Counted from the first letter of the stretch, positions 53,539 through 63,089 are shown. The stretch: DNA of 64,000 bases from Candidatus Thorarchaeota archaeon (GCA_003345595.1 PRDI01000039.1:10875-74874); one strand, 5' to 3'. Program-made: numbers and translations. The notes: a model not told the origin generated them from the sequence alone.

Positions 53539-54957
53539 GTGATGGATGAGAGTGACCCGCGCAGCAAAGAGCATCTCTACACGAATGTCAAGGTAATGGT
53601 CGTTGCGTTGGATGCCATGCTTGTGATGATTGGGTTTGGGGTAATATCTCCGTCGATGTCTTTTTACTTGATTGCTCTTGAAGGTGGACTCGAACAGCCC
53701 CCCGGCCCCGGCTACGTCGTACCGCCTGAGGTCGTCGCGGAGTTCTCGGCCATCCTCGGTGTGATGATGGCATCATTCATGGCGACCAGGACGCTGCTGG
53801 CCCGCTATTGGGGAGGGGTTTCGGACAGACGAGGTCGGAAACCCATTATCATGATGGGTCTCTTGGGGTACTTTCTGCTGTTGATCGCGTTTGGCCTTGC
53901 ACAAGACTGGATTCAGATGCTAGTTATTCGCGCTTTCCAGGGGGTCGTGTCGGCAATGGTGTGGCCCGTAGCAGAAGCCACAGTGCTAGACATTGTAGGT
54001 GTGACGCGAAGGGCGGAGGCATTGGGTCTGTACTCAACCATATCCAATGCGGGTTTCATTATAGGACCTGGCGTCGGTGGTGCACTCTACAACGTGTGCC
54101 GTGATGTTCTGTTACTTCCAGTGCCCGATGTGTTCAGGGTCCCGTATTTCATTGCTGCTATCATAACACTGCCTGCGGTTCCGATGACTGCAATGGTTCT
54201 CAAGGAAACCTGTCCTGCAAAGCTTGAAGTCCTCGCGTCGAAAGCCCTGGATGTTGACAATAGCGGGCCGTCTCCAGCGGAGCCTACAAAGCACAGGACG
54301 ACCTTGTCTCCAAGCGCTCGAACAGCTATGCGCGTTCTGTATGTCATGGCTCTTATGGACGGCTTCGCGATGGGGATGGGCCAGCCGATTTTTCAGCTGT
54401 TTCTGATGAGCAAGATCACAACGGATATTGGTCTCATAGGCCTTATCATATCGGGTGCAGGCGCAGTGGGTCTCCTGTTCTCAGTCCCCGCAGGTAGATA
54501 CGCAGACAGACACGGCCGCAAGGCCGTCGCAGTGGGTGGGTCCATAGGTAGCAGGGCCACACTCTTTGTCCTGCCACTGGCCATCGACCTTTCTCAGACA
54601 ACGGCGATCTGGATTTCACAAGGCGCCATGATGTCAATCTCTCAGCCTGCTCTCAAGGCCATCCAAGGTGACATCGTACCTTGGAGTCTTCGAGGTCGGC
54701 TCTTTGGTACGATTCAGGCTTTCTTCAACGCAGGCGCGACAATAGGACCACTGATAGGCGGTGCGCTCTATGGCATGTTCTCTCTAACCATGTTCCAACT
54801 AGGATGGTTCTCGATCGGAGGGCACGTTTTGCCATTCTGGCTTGCGTCTGGTTTGGGATTGATTGGGGTGTTCATGCTGTGGGCTTTCATCAGAGAAACC
54901 CGAATCTCCGGAGCCGCAAGCGACCAAAGCGAGGCCGACAGATCAAACGAATCCTAG
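53539..54957 (+). CDS. MFS transporter (DHA1-like)
   Basis: GGVSDRRGRKP, RAFQG, GFIIGPGVGG, GRYADRHGRK; about 12 TM helices. Confidence 0.92.
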   Translation: MMDESDPRSKEHLYTNVKVMVVALDAMLVMIGFGVISPSMSFYLIALEGGLEQPPGPGYVVPPEVVAEFSAILGVMMASFMATRTLLARYWGGVSDRRGRKPIIMMGLLGYFLLLIAFGLAQDWIQMLVIRAFQGVVSAMVWPVAEATVLDIVGVTRRAEALGLYSTISNAGFIIGPGVGGALYNVCRDVLLLPVPDVFRVPYFIAAIITLPAVPMTAMVLKETCPAKLEVLASKALDVDNSGPSPAEPTKHRTTLSPSARTAMRVLYVMALMDGFAMGMGQPIFQLFLMSKITTDIGLIGLIISGAGAVGLLFSVPAGRYADRHGRKAVAVGGSIGSRATLFVLPLAIDLSQTTAIWISQGAMMSISQPALKAIQGDIVPWSLRGRLFGTIQAFFNAGATIGPLIGGALYGMFSLTMFQLGWFSIGGHVLPFWLASGLGLIGVFMLWAFIRETRISGAASDQSEADRSNES

Positions 54958-54958
54958 T

Positions 54959-54978
54959 GTCGCCGAGACTTCGGTGAC
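54959..54978 (+). terminator. Hairpin immediately after the MFS stop codon
   Basis: GTCGCCGA-GACT-TCGGTGAC, 8-bp stem with one G-T pair. Confidence 0.4.
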
Positions 54979-55315
54979 CAAAAGTCATATATGCCCTAGT
55001 CATCAGCACGGGCTTCAACAAGAGCACGGAGGTGTTCCTGGACTTATGATTACGGGCGAGGTATTCATTCCAGAGAGCATTAGCATCCGTGCTTGTGAGG
55101 TTGCATAGACCTCCGCTGCTTCTCTCTGTCTGCAACCAGTCATGCGTCGGTGTGCCTACTGACTGAAACACGGTGCGGACTGCTGGCTCCTCGGTGATCG
55201 ACTTTGTGCCACTAACAAGACTGACGCATGGACCATCTAACATCGAAGGCGAACTACAGAGTTGCATAGCATAGAACAGAGAGCGCACCCGGGCAGTCTC
55301 ATCGAGGTGTGAGAG

Positions 55316-56116
55316 ATGAGCCGGGTAGAGAAGTTCAATCCCCTCAAGGCGAGTACCCTCTCAAGAAAGAGGGACCACGAGAGGGCTGGAAGGAGAGCTG
55401 AGGCTGTACCAATCAGCGAGATCACGTTTGAAGAGGTGAAGCGTGATGCAGTGCGTTTTGGACTTGCCACCGAGGTTTCGTCGCAGATGAATGCTGGAAA
55501 GGAGGCGTCAATATTCCTTGCCCATTGGAAGGGACACCCCATCATACTCAAGGCCTACAGACTGTGGCAGACCTCGCAGGCAGAGAGGCGCAAGGGGTTC
55601 TATGCGCTGGAAAAGATGGAGTCGGTTGCTGCCAAGGAGTATGACGTCCTCTCAGCCTGTTTCAAGGCCACAGTTCACGTACCAACGCCCATAGGCCGAG
55701 TCGGTAACTACCTTACTATGCGATTCCTAGGTGACAGCAGTGACCCTGCGCATCAACTGAAGGACGTCCGGCTGGAAGACCCCGAGCAGGCCATGGAGCA
55801 AGTGTTTGACGAGTACCTGATCATGTACCGTGACGCAAAGTACGTGCATGGGGACTTGAGTGCGTACAACATACTGTGGTGGCGGAACCATCCATGGATC
55901 ATCGATGTGCCACAGGCATACCTCGTCGGACCATGGGCTGACATGAAGGTCGTCGTGCATCTGCTGAAACGCGACATCCTCAATGTCCTCTCTTACTTCA
56001 AGAGGTATGGTGTTCAGGGTGACCCCGATCACATACTCAAGGGGTTCCTCTCAGAGTACGTTCCGAACAATCTTAGAAACTCCAGAGAGCTTCTGGGGGT
56101 ATGGACGAATGAGTAG
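55316..56116 (+). CDS. RIO1-family atypical Ser/Thr kinase (copy 1)
   Basis: NAGKEASIF, LKAYR, VPTP, VHGDLSAYNIL, IIDVPQA, RDILN. Confidence 0.92.
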   Translation: MSRVEKFNPLKASTLSRKRDHERAGRRAEAVPISEITFEEVKRDAVRFGLATEVSSQMNAGKEASIFLAHWKGHPIILKAYRLWQTSQAERRKGFYALEKMESVAAKEYDVLSACFKATVHVPTPIGRVGNYLTMRFLGDSSDPAHQLKDVRLEDPEQAMEQVFDEYLIMYRDAKYVHGDLSAYNILWWRNHPWIIDVPQAYLVGPWADMKVVVHLLKRDILNVLSYFKRYGVQGDPDHILKGFLSEYVPNNLRNSRELLGVWTNE

Positions 56117-56933
56117 GGTCGAAAAGCATAATCCCCTGAAGGACGGCGCCCTATCACGCAAACGCGACATGATGGGTGTCGATACAGGCAAGGCAGAGAT
56201 CCGAGAGCTTACCTTCGACACAGTCAAGCGGGATGCGCTCCAGTTCGGGCTGGCCACAGACGTGATGTTCCAGATGAATGCTGGGAAGGAGGCATCGATT
56301 TTCCTCGCTGTCTGGAAGGAGCATCCCATAATCCTGAAAGCCTATAGATTGTGGCAGACCTCCCATCATCTGTCAAAGAGCAAGGGTTTCGTCCCTGTGG
56401 GTACGAGCAAGAGGACGCACTGTATCCTTGGCATGGCTGAGAACTACGCTGTAGTTGAATACGACCTACTCATGAATTGCTTCAGGGCCGGCGTTCATGT
56501 CCCTACTCCGATTGGCCGCGTTGGGAACTACCTGACGATGCGGTTCATTGGAGACGGGAAGGAACCGGCCCCTCAACTGAAAGATGTCACCCTTCTTAGT
56601 CCAGAGAAGGTGTTGGATCAAGTTCTTGATGATTACTTCATCATGTACACCCAAGTCCACTATGTACACGGAGACTTGAGCAAATACAACATCCTCTGGT
56701 GGCAGGAGCGGCCTTGGATCATCGACGTTCCTCAAGGATACAAGGTGGATACTCACTGTGACATGGATATGGCAGTGTTCTTGCTTGGCAGAGACATCAT
56801 GAATGTACTGTCATACTTCGAGACATATGGCATCTACCGCGACCCTGAGGTGACTATGAGGAGGTTCATCGGCGCCTATACGCCGAAAAACATCGAAAGC
56901 TATGATCTCACGGAGCTGAGTGAAATGCTGTGA
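56109..56933 (+). CDS. RIO1-family atypical Ser/Thr kinase (copy 2)
   Basis: Same motifs (VHGDLSKYNIL, IIDVPQG); start set at MSRVEK by homology with copy 1. Confidence 0.92.
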   Translation: MSRVEKHNPLKDGALSRKRDMMGVDTGKAEIRELTFDTVKRDALQFGLATDVMFQMNAGKEASIFLAVWKEHPIILKAYRLWQTSHHLSKSKGFVPVGTSKRTHCILGMAENYAVVEYDLLMNCFRAGVHVPTPIGRVGNYLTMRFIGDGKEPAPQLKDVTLLSPEKVLDQVLDDYFIMYTQVHYVHGDLSKYNILWWQERPWIIDVPQGYKVDTHCDMDMAVFLLGRDIMNVLSYFETYGIYRDPEVTMRRFIGAYTPKNIESYDLTELSEML

Positions 56934-57091
56934 GTCTGGGGCCGACAGAGCACCGGACCTGTCCGTAATTGGTGCTTTACATGAACACGGGCTCAGGCCT
57001 AATACGTGGAACCATCTGGACTCACATTAGGGAATGAACTGGCACGAGTCCTGTTGGACTCACCGGCACGCCCTCTGACCGAGAGTGTTGT

Positions 57092-57508
57092 TCACTCGAC
57101 CTTCCGCAGAACTACCTTCGAAACACCAGGTATCTTCTTCAGGCTGTCCTCAAGCTCTCTGAGGGTAACGACCAGTTGGTCAGGCACAAAATAGCATTCG
57201 TAGTAGCAGCGCTCCCCTCTTAGGCACACGCCAGTCGTGAAGATGATGTCGTTTAGCTTGGCATCATTGAAGGCGAAATTGAGCTGCTTGAGGAAATTCC
57301 GTGAGAGGTCGCTGATTTCTATACGAAGAAGGTAAATCAGATCGCTGGCAACTGGGAACAGCTTCACAACCTTATCCTTGTGGTGCAGGACTGTGAGTGC
57401 TGCCTTCTCCCCGATGTCTGCGACAAACTCGGCAGGAAACTCGACGGGTTTTCCAGCTGTCAAATGTAGGATTATTGCCGAAGTGGCTCCCTCGCGGTCT
57501 ATTACCAT
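57092..57508 (-). CDS. Hypothetical protein with an ACT-like C-terminal fold
   Basis: TTGVC....CYYECY and LEDSLKKIPGVSKV ending typical of ACT-like domains. Confidence 0.6.
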   Translation of the reverse strand: MVIDREGATSAIILHLTAGKPVEFPAEFVADIGEKAALTVLHHKDKVVKLFPVASDLIYLLRIEISDLSRNFLKQLNFAFNDAKLNDIIFTTGVCLRGERCYYECYFVPDQLVVTLRELEDSLKKIPGVSKVVLRKVE

Positions 57509-57686
57509 GAGCTATACGTCCTTCAGGGTCTGAGTTACTTCGGTCTAAGTTGACCGAGCTAAATAAAGAATTCGGCGATGGGGTGCCCATCCTTTCAGAG
57601 GTTGATGCCGTCAGACTGCCCACCCTAAGCAAGGTTCTTGGTTGGGCAGAAGTTATAACAGAGCAGTTGGACACGACCTCTAGAGG

Positions 57687-58421
57687 TTGGTACACGTGAA
57701 CCCTCGTCTGGCACAGCTTCTTGGTCTCCTTCTCTTGCTGGTTGCAGCTGCAATGACATACTTGGTGTATCTCAGTGTAATCGCCATTTCTGGCGACCCA
57801 TCAGAACTGCTGGTCTCGGGGATTGTCGCGTGGGGTATACTTGCTCTGCCCGAACTTGCAGCCGGCCTATGGCTGATCATAAGGGGCACACATGGGGCTC
57901 GAACCAGCCAGGTTTCTGACCGACTTGTCCAGATTGTCCAGCGAGACGGTCGTATCAGCGTTGAAGCCGCCGCAAGGGAACTTGGAGTCGAACCAAAGGA
58001 GATTTCCGATGCAGCACTTGGACTAGCTAAACGACGCATACCCTTGGTCCTCATAGATCGGGGATCTTCGGACATAATCAATCCAGCGACACTGACTCTT
58101 AAGGAGAGCATTCTTCATCTGTTGTTCGCCCAGAGGCGCATGACCTTCGACCAAATCTCAGCGGTGACCAAGGCGACCAATACACAGATCATTGATGCGT
58201 TGAAGGAGCTATCGAAGGAAGGTAAGTTCCGAGGAGTGATTGACGAGAACTCACGGGTTGTCTACACATCTGAGGCACTCGCCCATCTTCCAAAGTCCTA
58301 CACAAAATGCCCTGAGTGTGGGGGAAAGCTGGTCAATCCAGTGCTACCCGGAGAAGAGGAGGTCTGTCCGTACTGTGGTCACCTTATTGTGAACAGGATG
58401 GGAGTTAAGGGGACCGGCTGA
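57687..58421 (+). CDS. 2-TM membrane protein with tandem wHTH (PCI-like) domains and a C-terminal Zn ribbon
   Basis: GRISVEAAARELG; MTFDQIS...IIDALKELSKEGKFRGVIDENSRVVY; CPECG...CPYCG. Confidence 0.75.
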   Translation: MVHVNPRLAQLLGLLLLLVAAAMTYLVYLSVIAISGDPSELLVSGIVAWGILALPELAAGLWLIIRGTHGARTSQVSDRLVQIVQRDGRISVEAAARELGVEPKEISDAALGLAKRRIPLVLIDRGSSDIINPATLTLKESILHLLFAQRRMTFDQISAVTKATNTQIIDALKELSKEGKFRGVIDENSRVVYTSEALAHLPKSYTKCPECGGKLVNPVLPGEEEVCPYCGHLIVNRMGVKGTG

Positions 58422-58464
58422 TACTGACTGTCGAAAACCTTGTTTTGAAGTCTGCGGATTGGTT

Positions 58465-59886
58465 CTAGGTTATGCCACGCTGGTTTCCTCTGGTCTTCCT
58501 TCTGAGCGCGAGCCTGAAACGATCGAATCCCTGACCTAGTCGGGTCTTCCTTGGCCAGAAGGGCTCTATCTCATCAAAGCCGAAGACATCCCAATAGAGA
58601 GGGCAGGCACCAGTGCAGTATGCGAAGTGCGTACAAGCTTTGCAGCCCTCTGTGGCAAACTCCTTGGCCCTCCAGAATCGGGCGGCTCTCGACTGCCAGA
58701 CTTTCTGGAAGCCCTCAGTTAGTAGATTACCAACGGGGTCGCTGAAGCTTGAGCAGGGCAGCACATTTCCTTCTGAGTCTACGGAGAGAAGCCCGTCACA
58801 ACATGCACAGCTCTTGGCCCCCAGACCATGAGATATCGGATTGAAGATGCAGACCGGTGTCGGGGCATACCACACGAACTGTACGCCCTTTCTGTTTGCC
58901 AACCTTCTTACTCGTTCCACAATCTCCCCAATCTCCGAATAGGTCACCATAAGCTCCTCGCACAGCTTTGCCGCGGTCCCAGTATAGATGACCATGTTCA
59001 TGCTGAAGTAGCTCAGTCCTAGATCGTCTGCGTGAAAGGCGACCAAGTCGTCAAGCTTGGCAACATTGGGCCGGCATATGGTCGTGTTACAGTGGGTGTA
59101 AATGCTTGTTGTCCTTAGGTTCTTGATGCCAGTCACGGTCTGCTCGAAAGCGCCAGGCACTCCCACGATGTAGTCATGTGTGGTTGCGTCAGGTCCCTCG
59201 ATTGAAACCTGAGCGCTGTTGAGTCCAGCCTGCTCAAGTCTATTCACGTATTCTTTGTCTGCGCACTTTCGACCATTGGTTATTAGATTCATACGTAGAC
59301 CCTTGGACCTGCCATACGATATCAAGTCGAACAGGTCGTCACGTAGGGTCGGTTCACCACCTGTGAAGGAAAGACTTGGGACATGAGCATCATCAGCAAT
59401 GATGTCTATCACACGCTTGACCTGGTCAGTTGTCATCTCTCCTGCAATGCGGTATGGAGAATATGCATAGCAGAAACGGCACCTGTTGTTGCATCTGTAG
59501 GTGATGGCGATCTCGCCCAAGACAGGGTACCTGATTTCCGCCGAACCAAAAGGTATGATCTTGGCCGTCCTGTAAGCCAACAGATTCTGATTCCCTGTTG
59601 TCATGTTCCGCAGGTCTTCAGCGAAGGCTGCAAGGTCGTTGAGTACGACCTGCCTGTCTGCCCCGAAAGTGGAAACGAAATGATCTACTACCTCTTCGGG
59701 CTCGTGGCCCTCAAGAAGCATCCTCAGCATCGTCATTCCTGTGTCATTGAGATGCATGACCTTGTTCGGCCTGAGAATAAGCAGACTATCCTCTGGCCGC
59801 GCGAAGAAGAAGTCTTTGACCTCTTTCATGAATACTGAGACCCATCCGAGGTCATCCAGCGTGTAGTCGTAGCTTGGGGCTTCCAT
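58465..59886 (-). CDS. Radical SAM/SPASM peptide maturase with an N-terminal PqqD (RRE) domain
   Basis: HLNDTG..ML...........F..DRQVVLNDL (PqqD-like), CNNRCRFC, FTGGEPTLR, TNG, SPASM CACC...GNVLPC...CKACTHFAYCTGACP. Confidence 0.93.
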   Translation of the reverse strand: MEAPSYDYTLDDLGWVSVFMKEVKDFFFARPEDSLLILRPNKVMHLNDTGMTMLRMLLEGHEPEEVVDHFVSTFGADRQVVLNDLAAFAEDLRNMTTGNQNLLAYRTAKIIPFGSAEIRYPVLGEIAITYRCNNRCRFCYAYSPYRIAGEMTTDQVKRVIDIIADDAHVPSLSFTGGEPTLRDDLFDLISYGRSKGLRMNLITNGRKCADKEYVNRLEQAGLNSAQVSIEGPDATTHDYIVGVPGAFEQTVTGIKNLRTTSIYTHCNTTICRPNVAKLDDLVAFHADDLGLSYFSMNMVIYTGTAAKLCEELMVTYSEIGEIVERVRRLANRKGVQFVWYAPTPVCIFNPISHGLGAKSCACCDGLLSVDSEGNVLPCSSFSDPVGNLLTEGFQKVWQSRAARFWRAKEFATEGCKACTHFAYCTGACPLYWDVFGFDEIEPFWPRKTRLGQGFDRFRLALRRKTRGNQRGIT

Positions 59887-60063
59887 GACACTGATGCCCG
59901 ATGCGGCGATTCCACTTTAAGCGTTCTGAAAGGACATCTGGCGAGTATTGTTGCGAGACTTGCCAGTCGAAACGCACGGTCTATCGCCGGCGAGAGCGAG
60001 GACCTGAAATGCTTATCAGGTCCCACCTCAAGCACTACACAGCATCATGTTGGAGAGAACATC

Positions 60064-60459
60064 ATGAGTTCGAGTGAAACCAAACTACCCTACGGCGCCA
60101 TAACTGGCAAGAAGCTCATCATGCACTTCAGTGCATTTGACATAGACTTGCCCGTTATTGCTTCTGGGCTGAGGGAGAGAATGGACGTTCTACGCGAGAT
60201 GGATGTGGCCTTCGCTGGCTTCGGCACAGAGATTCCAGCCAATATGAGCGAGCAGACGCCAGCTTCGGTCAAGTGCTTCTTCGAGTATGTTGGCAAAGAG
60301 GCCGATCCGACTGTCATATTGAAGAGAGCATATCACCTAGTCTGGAGTGGGATGATCGACAGCTTCCCAGATCTCGAGGAGTGGGCGGCGGCCAAAGCAG
60401 ACCTGTCAAACCTGACTCTCGCTCAGGCGGAAGTGCTGCGCGCTCGTAAGGGCGAGTAG
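60064..60459 (+). CDS. Hypothetical protein
   Basis: 131-aa ORF with ATG and GGAG RBS, between the rSAM and the Cys/His-tail gene. Confidence 0.75.
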   Translation: MSSSETKLPYGAITGKKLIMHFSAFDIDLPVIASGLRERMDVLREMDVAFAGFGTEIPANMSEQTPASVKCFFEYVGKEADPTVILKRAYHLVWSGMIDSFPDLEEWAAAKADLSNLTLAQAEVLRARKGE

Positions 60460-60564
60460 TACGTTCTGGATGTTGTAGGATCTGTTAATGAACCAACATC
60501 TGTTGCCTAGCGTCGGAATGTGAATTCATTGCGGGTAATGTAATGCGGATACTAAAACAGTGAA

Positions 60565-62748
60565 GTGGCTGACATGCGGGGAGGAGAGCTTCGTCATCTT
60601 GCGCTCAAGGGCTGTTTCGTTGTCGTCTTGGCTGCAACACTGGCGATACCTGCCTGTGCCGGAGTGGGCACACCGAGTCAGAGTGCCACGTTCAACGTCG
60701 ATAGTATCTATGTGGATACGGCGGTGTTGCTGAATGGCAGAATCAATGTCACCTACTGGATGACATTCTCTGTCCTCAGCGGTTCAATAGGCGGGTTTGA
60801 CCTACTAGGTATAGAAGAAGCGAACGTGCCCGATCCAAATCGGGCCTACGCAGAGGTCGGAGCAAACAGATACAGCCTCCTCGTAACACCGAAATCGACC
60901 GGGTATGGGCTCGATTGGACGCCTCGCACTCAAGAAGGTGAAACTGTTACGGTGGTCTTCGGCTACTTCAGTACAAGCCGAGTGATCGAGAAGACGACTG
61001 GTACGTTTGTCCTTGAGGGTTCAGGCCAATCCATAACTCAAGACATGGGTGTACTGAACTGGGCACCTGTCCAATGGGACAGGCAAGTTGACGTTGAGAA
61101 CGTGCGTGTTATCTATCCGATTCAGATGCAGCCTTCTTGGATCACTCCTGAGGGAGGTGTAACAACGCAGGGGGCTGACTACGCAGGCTATGTTGTGGAC
61201 TACCGCCAAGGTGTATGGGATAGCGGCAACAACATGAGGATCTATAATGAGGACCATCTTTTGGCCTACCCATCGGATCCAGCCGCTCCCCAAAGAAACT
61301 TCAGTGCCAGTCTGACCGCCTCCCCTGCGTCAGCCTACGATCATCTGAGAGTCTTCCAGTATACGAATTGGTCGTTCTATGAACCGTACGTGCAGGCCGG
61401 GGCTCTTGGATACAGCACGGCGGAGAATATCAATGCGGCTGCCGGGGTAGAATTCGAAGTCAATCTGAAGGTCTTCAATATCGGTGATGCCGAGCTGCAC
61501 GATGTCACAATCACTCTTGCGGTTCCGGAGAACTTGACCCTCACTTCTGGCCAGGTATCTACGTACCTCGGTACCCTCTATGGCGGCGAGAACTACTATC
61601 TCAGCTACAGCTTTGTCGCGGCCAATGTGCCAGCAATCTTGCCTGTCACGTTCCAAGTCAGTTCAACTGATTTGAACAGCACAAAATGGCTGACCTTCAC
61701 AGTGAACGTCTACGTGCAGGAATACATACCGCCACTGATTCCCCCTGGCCTCCTGGCTCTCGCATTTGGGAGCGTAGTGTTCGTTGTGGTCGCCTACTTC
61801 GGCTACAAGAGAATCGTGAGTCCCTATGGGGCGAAGTGGACTGCTGACGAAACCACGGGTGTGTATCAGAAACCCGAGATTGCCATTCAGACGTTTGGTA
61901 CTCCCGGGACCGTGGCAGAGCTCGATCCCGTCGAGTCTGCATTCTTTGTCAGCACTACTAGAGAGAAGCTCGTGTCAATGATTCTCATGTCATGCGTCCA
62001 CAAGGGCGCTGTGAGAGTCTTGTCAGTGGACCCGCTCAAACTGACCGCGACTGGTCTTCAGTTCGAGGACCTCACCTACTATGAGCAGATGTTTGTCGAC
62101 GCGATTGTCGATGACGAGCTTGATTCAGACAAGATTGATGAGCTCGTTGAGCGCATTGCCGACGAGGTCCAGAAGAAGTCCTGGCAGTCTGACTTCGAAG
62201 CAACCAAGAAGAACCATGATGAAATGGTTGAGGGCGCATGGAGAGAGCTGGAGGCAAACCCGACTCTTGATAGTCGCACTGACTACTATTTCAGCGGGCA
62301 GTATCACGGTTGGGCATGGTATTGGCTCTACTTGAGTCCAGACCATGACACACACATTCATGATGCATTCTCGCATGCTGGCGGTTCCATCGCTCCTCCT
62401 CAGGTTCCTCAATGGTTCAGTGATTTGTCGAATGCAACTGGAAATGTCATTTCAGGTGTGGGTCGCGCCGTCGGCGATGTTGCGGCTACGACCGCGAAGA
62501 TAATCGGCAACGTGACAAACACGATAGGCAAGGTGATGGAGAACGTGGCCAACATCATCCGTGAGCCATTGAAGCCGATTCTCGAAGGCACGAGCAGGTG
62601 TGTTACGCACGATGCGTGCCATTCCGCCTGCGTTTCGCACGATGCATGCCATAGCGCGTGTCATAGCGCCTGCCACAGCGCTTGCGTCTGTCATAGTGCT
62701 TGTCACTCAGCTTGTCATTCAGCGTGTGTTTCAGGAGGCTTCCGATAG
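60565..62748 (+). CDS. DUF2207-like single-pass membrane protein with an Ig (CARDB/DUF11-like) domain and a C-terminal (CHSA)n Cys/His repeat tail
   Basis: Signal peptide; VDTAVLLNGRINVTYWMTF; VFNIGDAELHDVTITL.VP; TM LLALAFGSVVFVVVAYFGY; LDPVESA, KGAV, LTYYEQ; 11-Cys tail. Confidence 0.85.
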   Translation: MADMRGGELRHLALKGCFVVVLAATLAIPACAGVGTPSQSATFNVDSIYVDTAVLLNGRINVTYWMTFSVLSGSIGGFDLLGIEEANVPDPNRAYAEVGANRYSLLVTPKSTGYGLDWTPRTQEGETVTVVFGYFSTSRVIEKTTGTFVLEGSGQSITQDMGVLNWAPVQWDRQVDVENVRVIYPIQMQPSWITPEGGVTTQGADYAGYVVDYRQGVWDSGNNMRIYNEDHLLAYPSDPAAPQRNFSASLTASPASAYDHLRVFQYTNWSFYEPYVQAGALGYSTAENINAAAGVEFEVNLKVFNIGDAELHDVTITLAVPENLTLTSGQVSTYLGTLYGGENYYLSYSFVAANVPAILPVTFQVSSTDLNSTKWLTFTVNVYVQEYIPPLIPPGLLALAFGSVVFVVVAYFGYKRIVSPYGAKWTADETTGVYQKPEIAIQTFGTPGTVAELDPVESAFFVSTTREKLVSMILMSCVHKGAVRVLSVDPLKLTATGLQFEDLTYYEQMFVDAIVDDELDSDKIDELVERIADEVQKKSWQSDFEATKKNHDEMVEGAWRELEANPTLDSRTDYYFSGQYHGWAWYWLYLSPDHDTHIHDAFSHAGGSIAPPQVPQWFSDLSNATGNVISGVGRAVGDVAATTAKIIGNVTNTIGKVMENVANIIREPLKPILEGTSRCVTHDACHSACVSHDACHSACHSACHSACVCHSACHSACHSACVSGGFR
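62599..62745 (+). repeat. Protein-level CHSA repeat (7 CHSA units plus 2 CVxHDA units)
   Basis: CVTHDACHSACVSHDACHSACHSACHSACVCHSACHSACHSACVSGGFR, encoded with diverged synonymous codons. Confidence 0.95.
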
Positions 62749-62882
62749 GCCTTACGGTGACCTGTACTTCTTGGTTTCCCTGAGTCCGCGGCAGAGTCTT
62801 TCCACTTCCAGAATCGATATCGGGCACGGAGCCACCACGCTGGAGCGTAGCTGCAGGGGGTGTCGCAACTTCGTGTGTTCTC

Positions 62883-63089
62883 TCATTGACTCCGAGATCT
62901 GGTGCTCGTTGGCGGAGTCGCAGGTGACCGGACCTTCTCTCGTTGTGCTTCCCGCATTCCCTGCACAAAGAACGCGAGTACAAGTGCTAATCCTCCCAAT
63001 ATGGTATCAATGCTACTCATCTCAGACCCTAGCCATGTCACATACGCAAACACTCCCGCTATAGCAAAGTATCTCTTTGAACTACCCAT
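62883..63089 (-). CDS. Possible small 2-TM protein
   Basis: MGSSKRYFAIAGVFAYVTWLG...ILGGLALVLAFFV; AGGGG upstream of ATG 63089. Confidence 0.4.
   Translation of the reverse strand: MGSSKRYFAIAGVFAYVTWLGSEMSSIDTILGGLALVLAFFVQGMREAQREKVRSPATPPTSTRSRSQ

Noticed and set aside
62599-62748. His-Xaa-Ser (HxsA) repeat system or a DNA microsatellite
   Set aside because: The period is four residues with Cys, not three-residue HxS, and the codons are synonymously diverged
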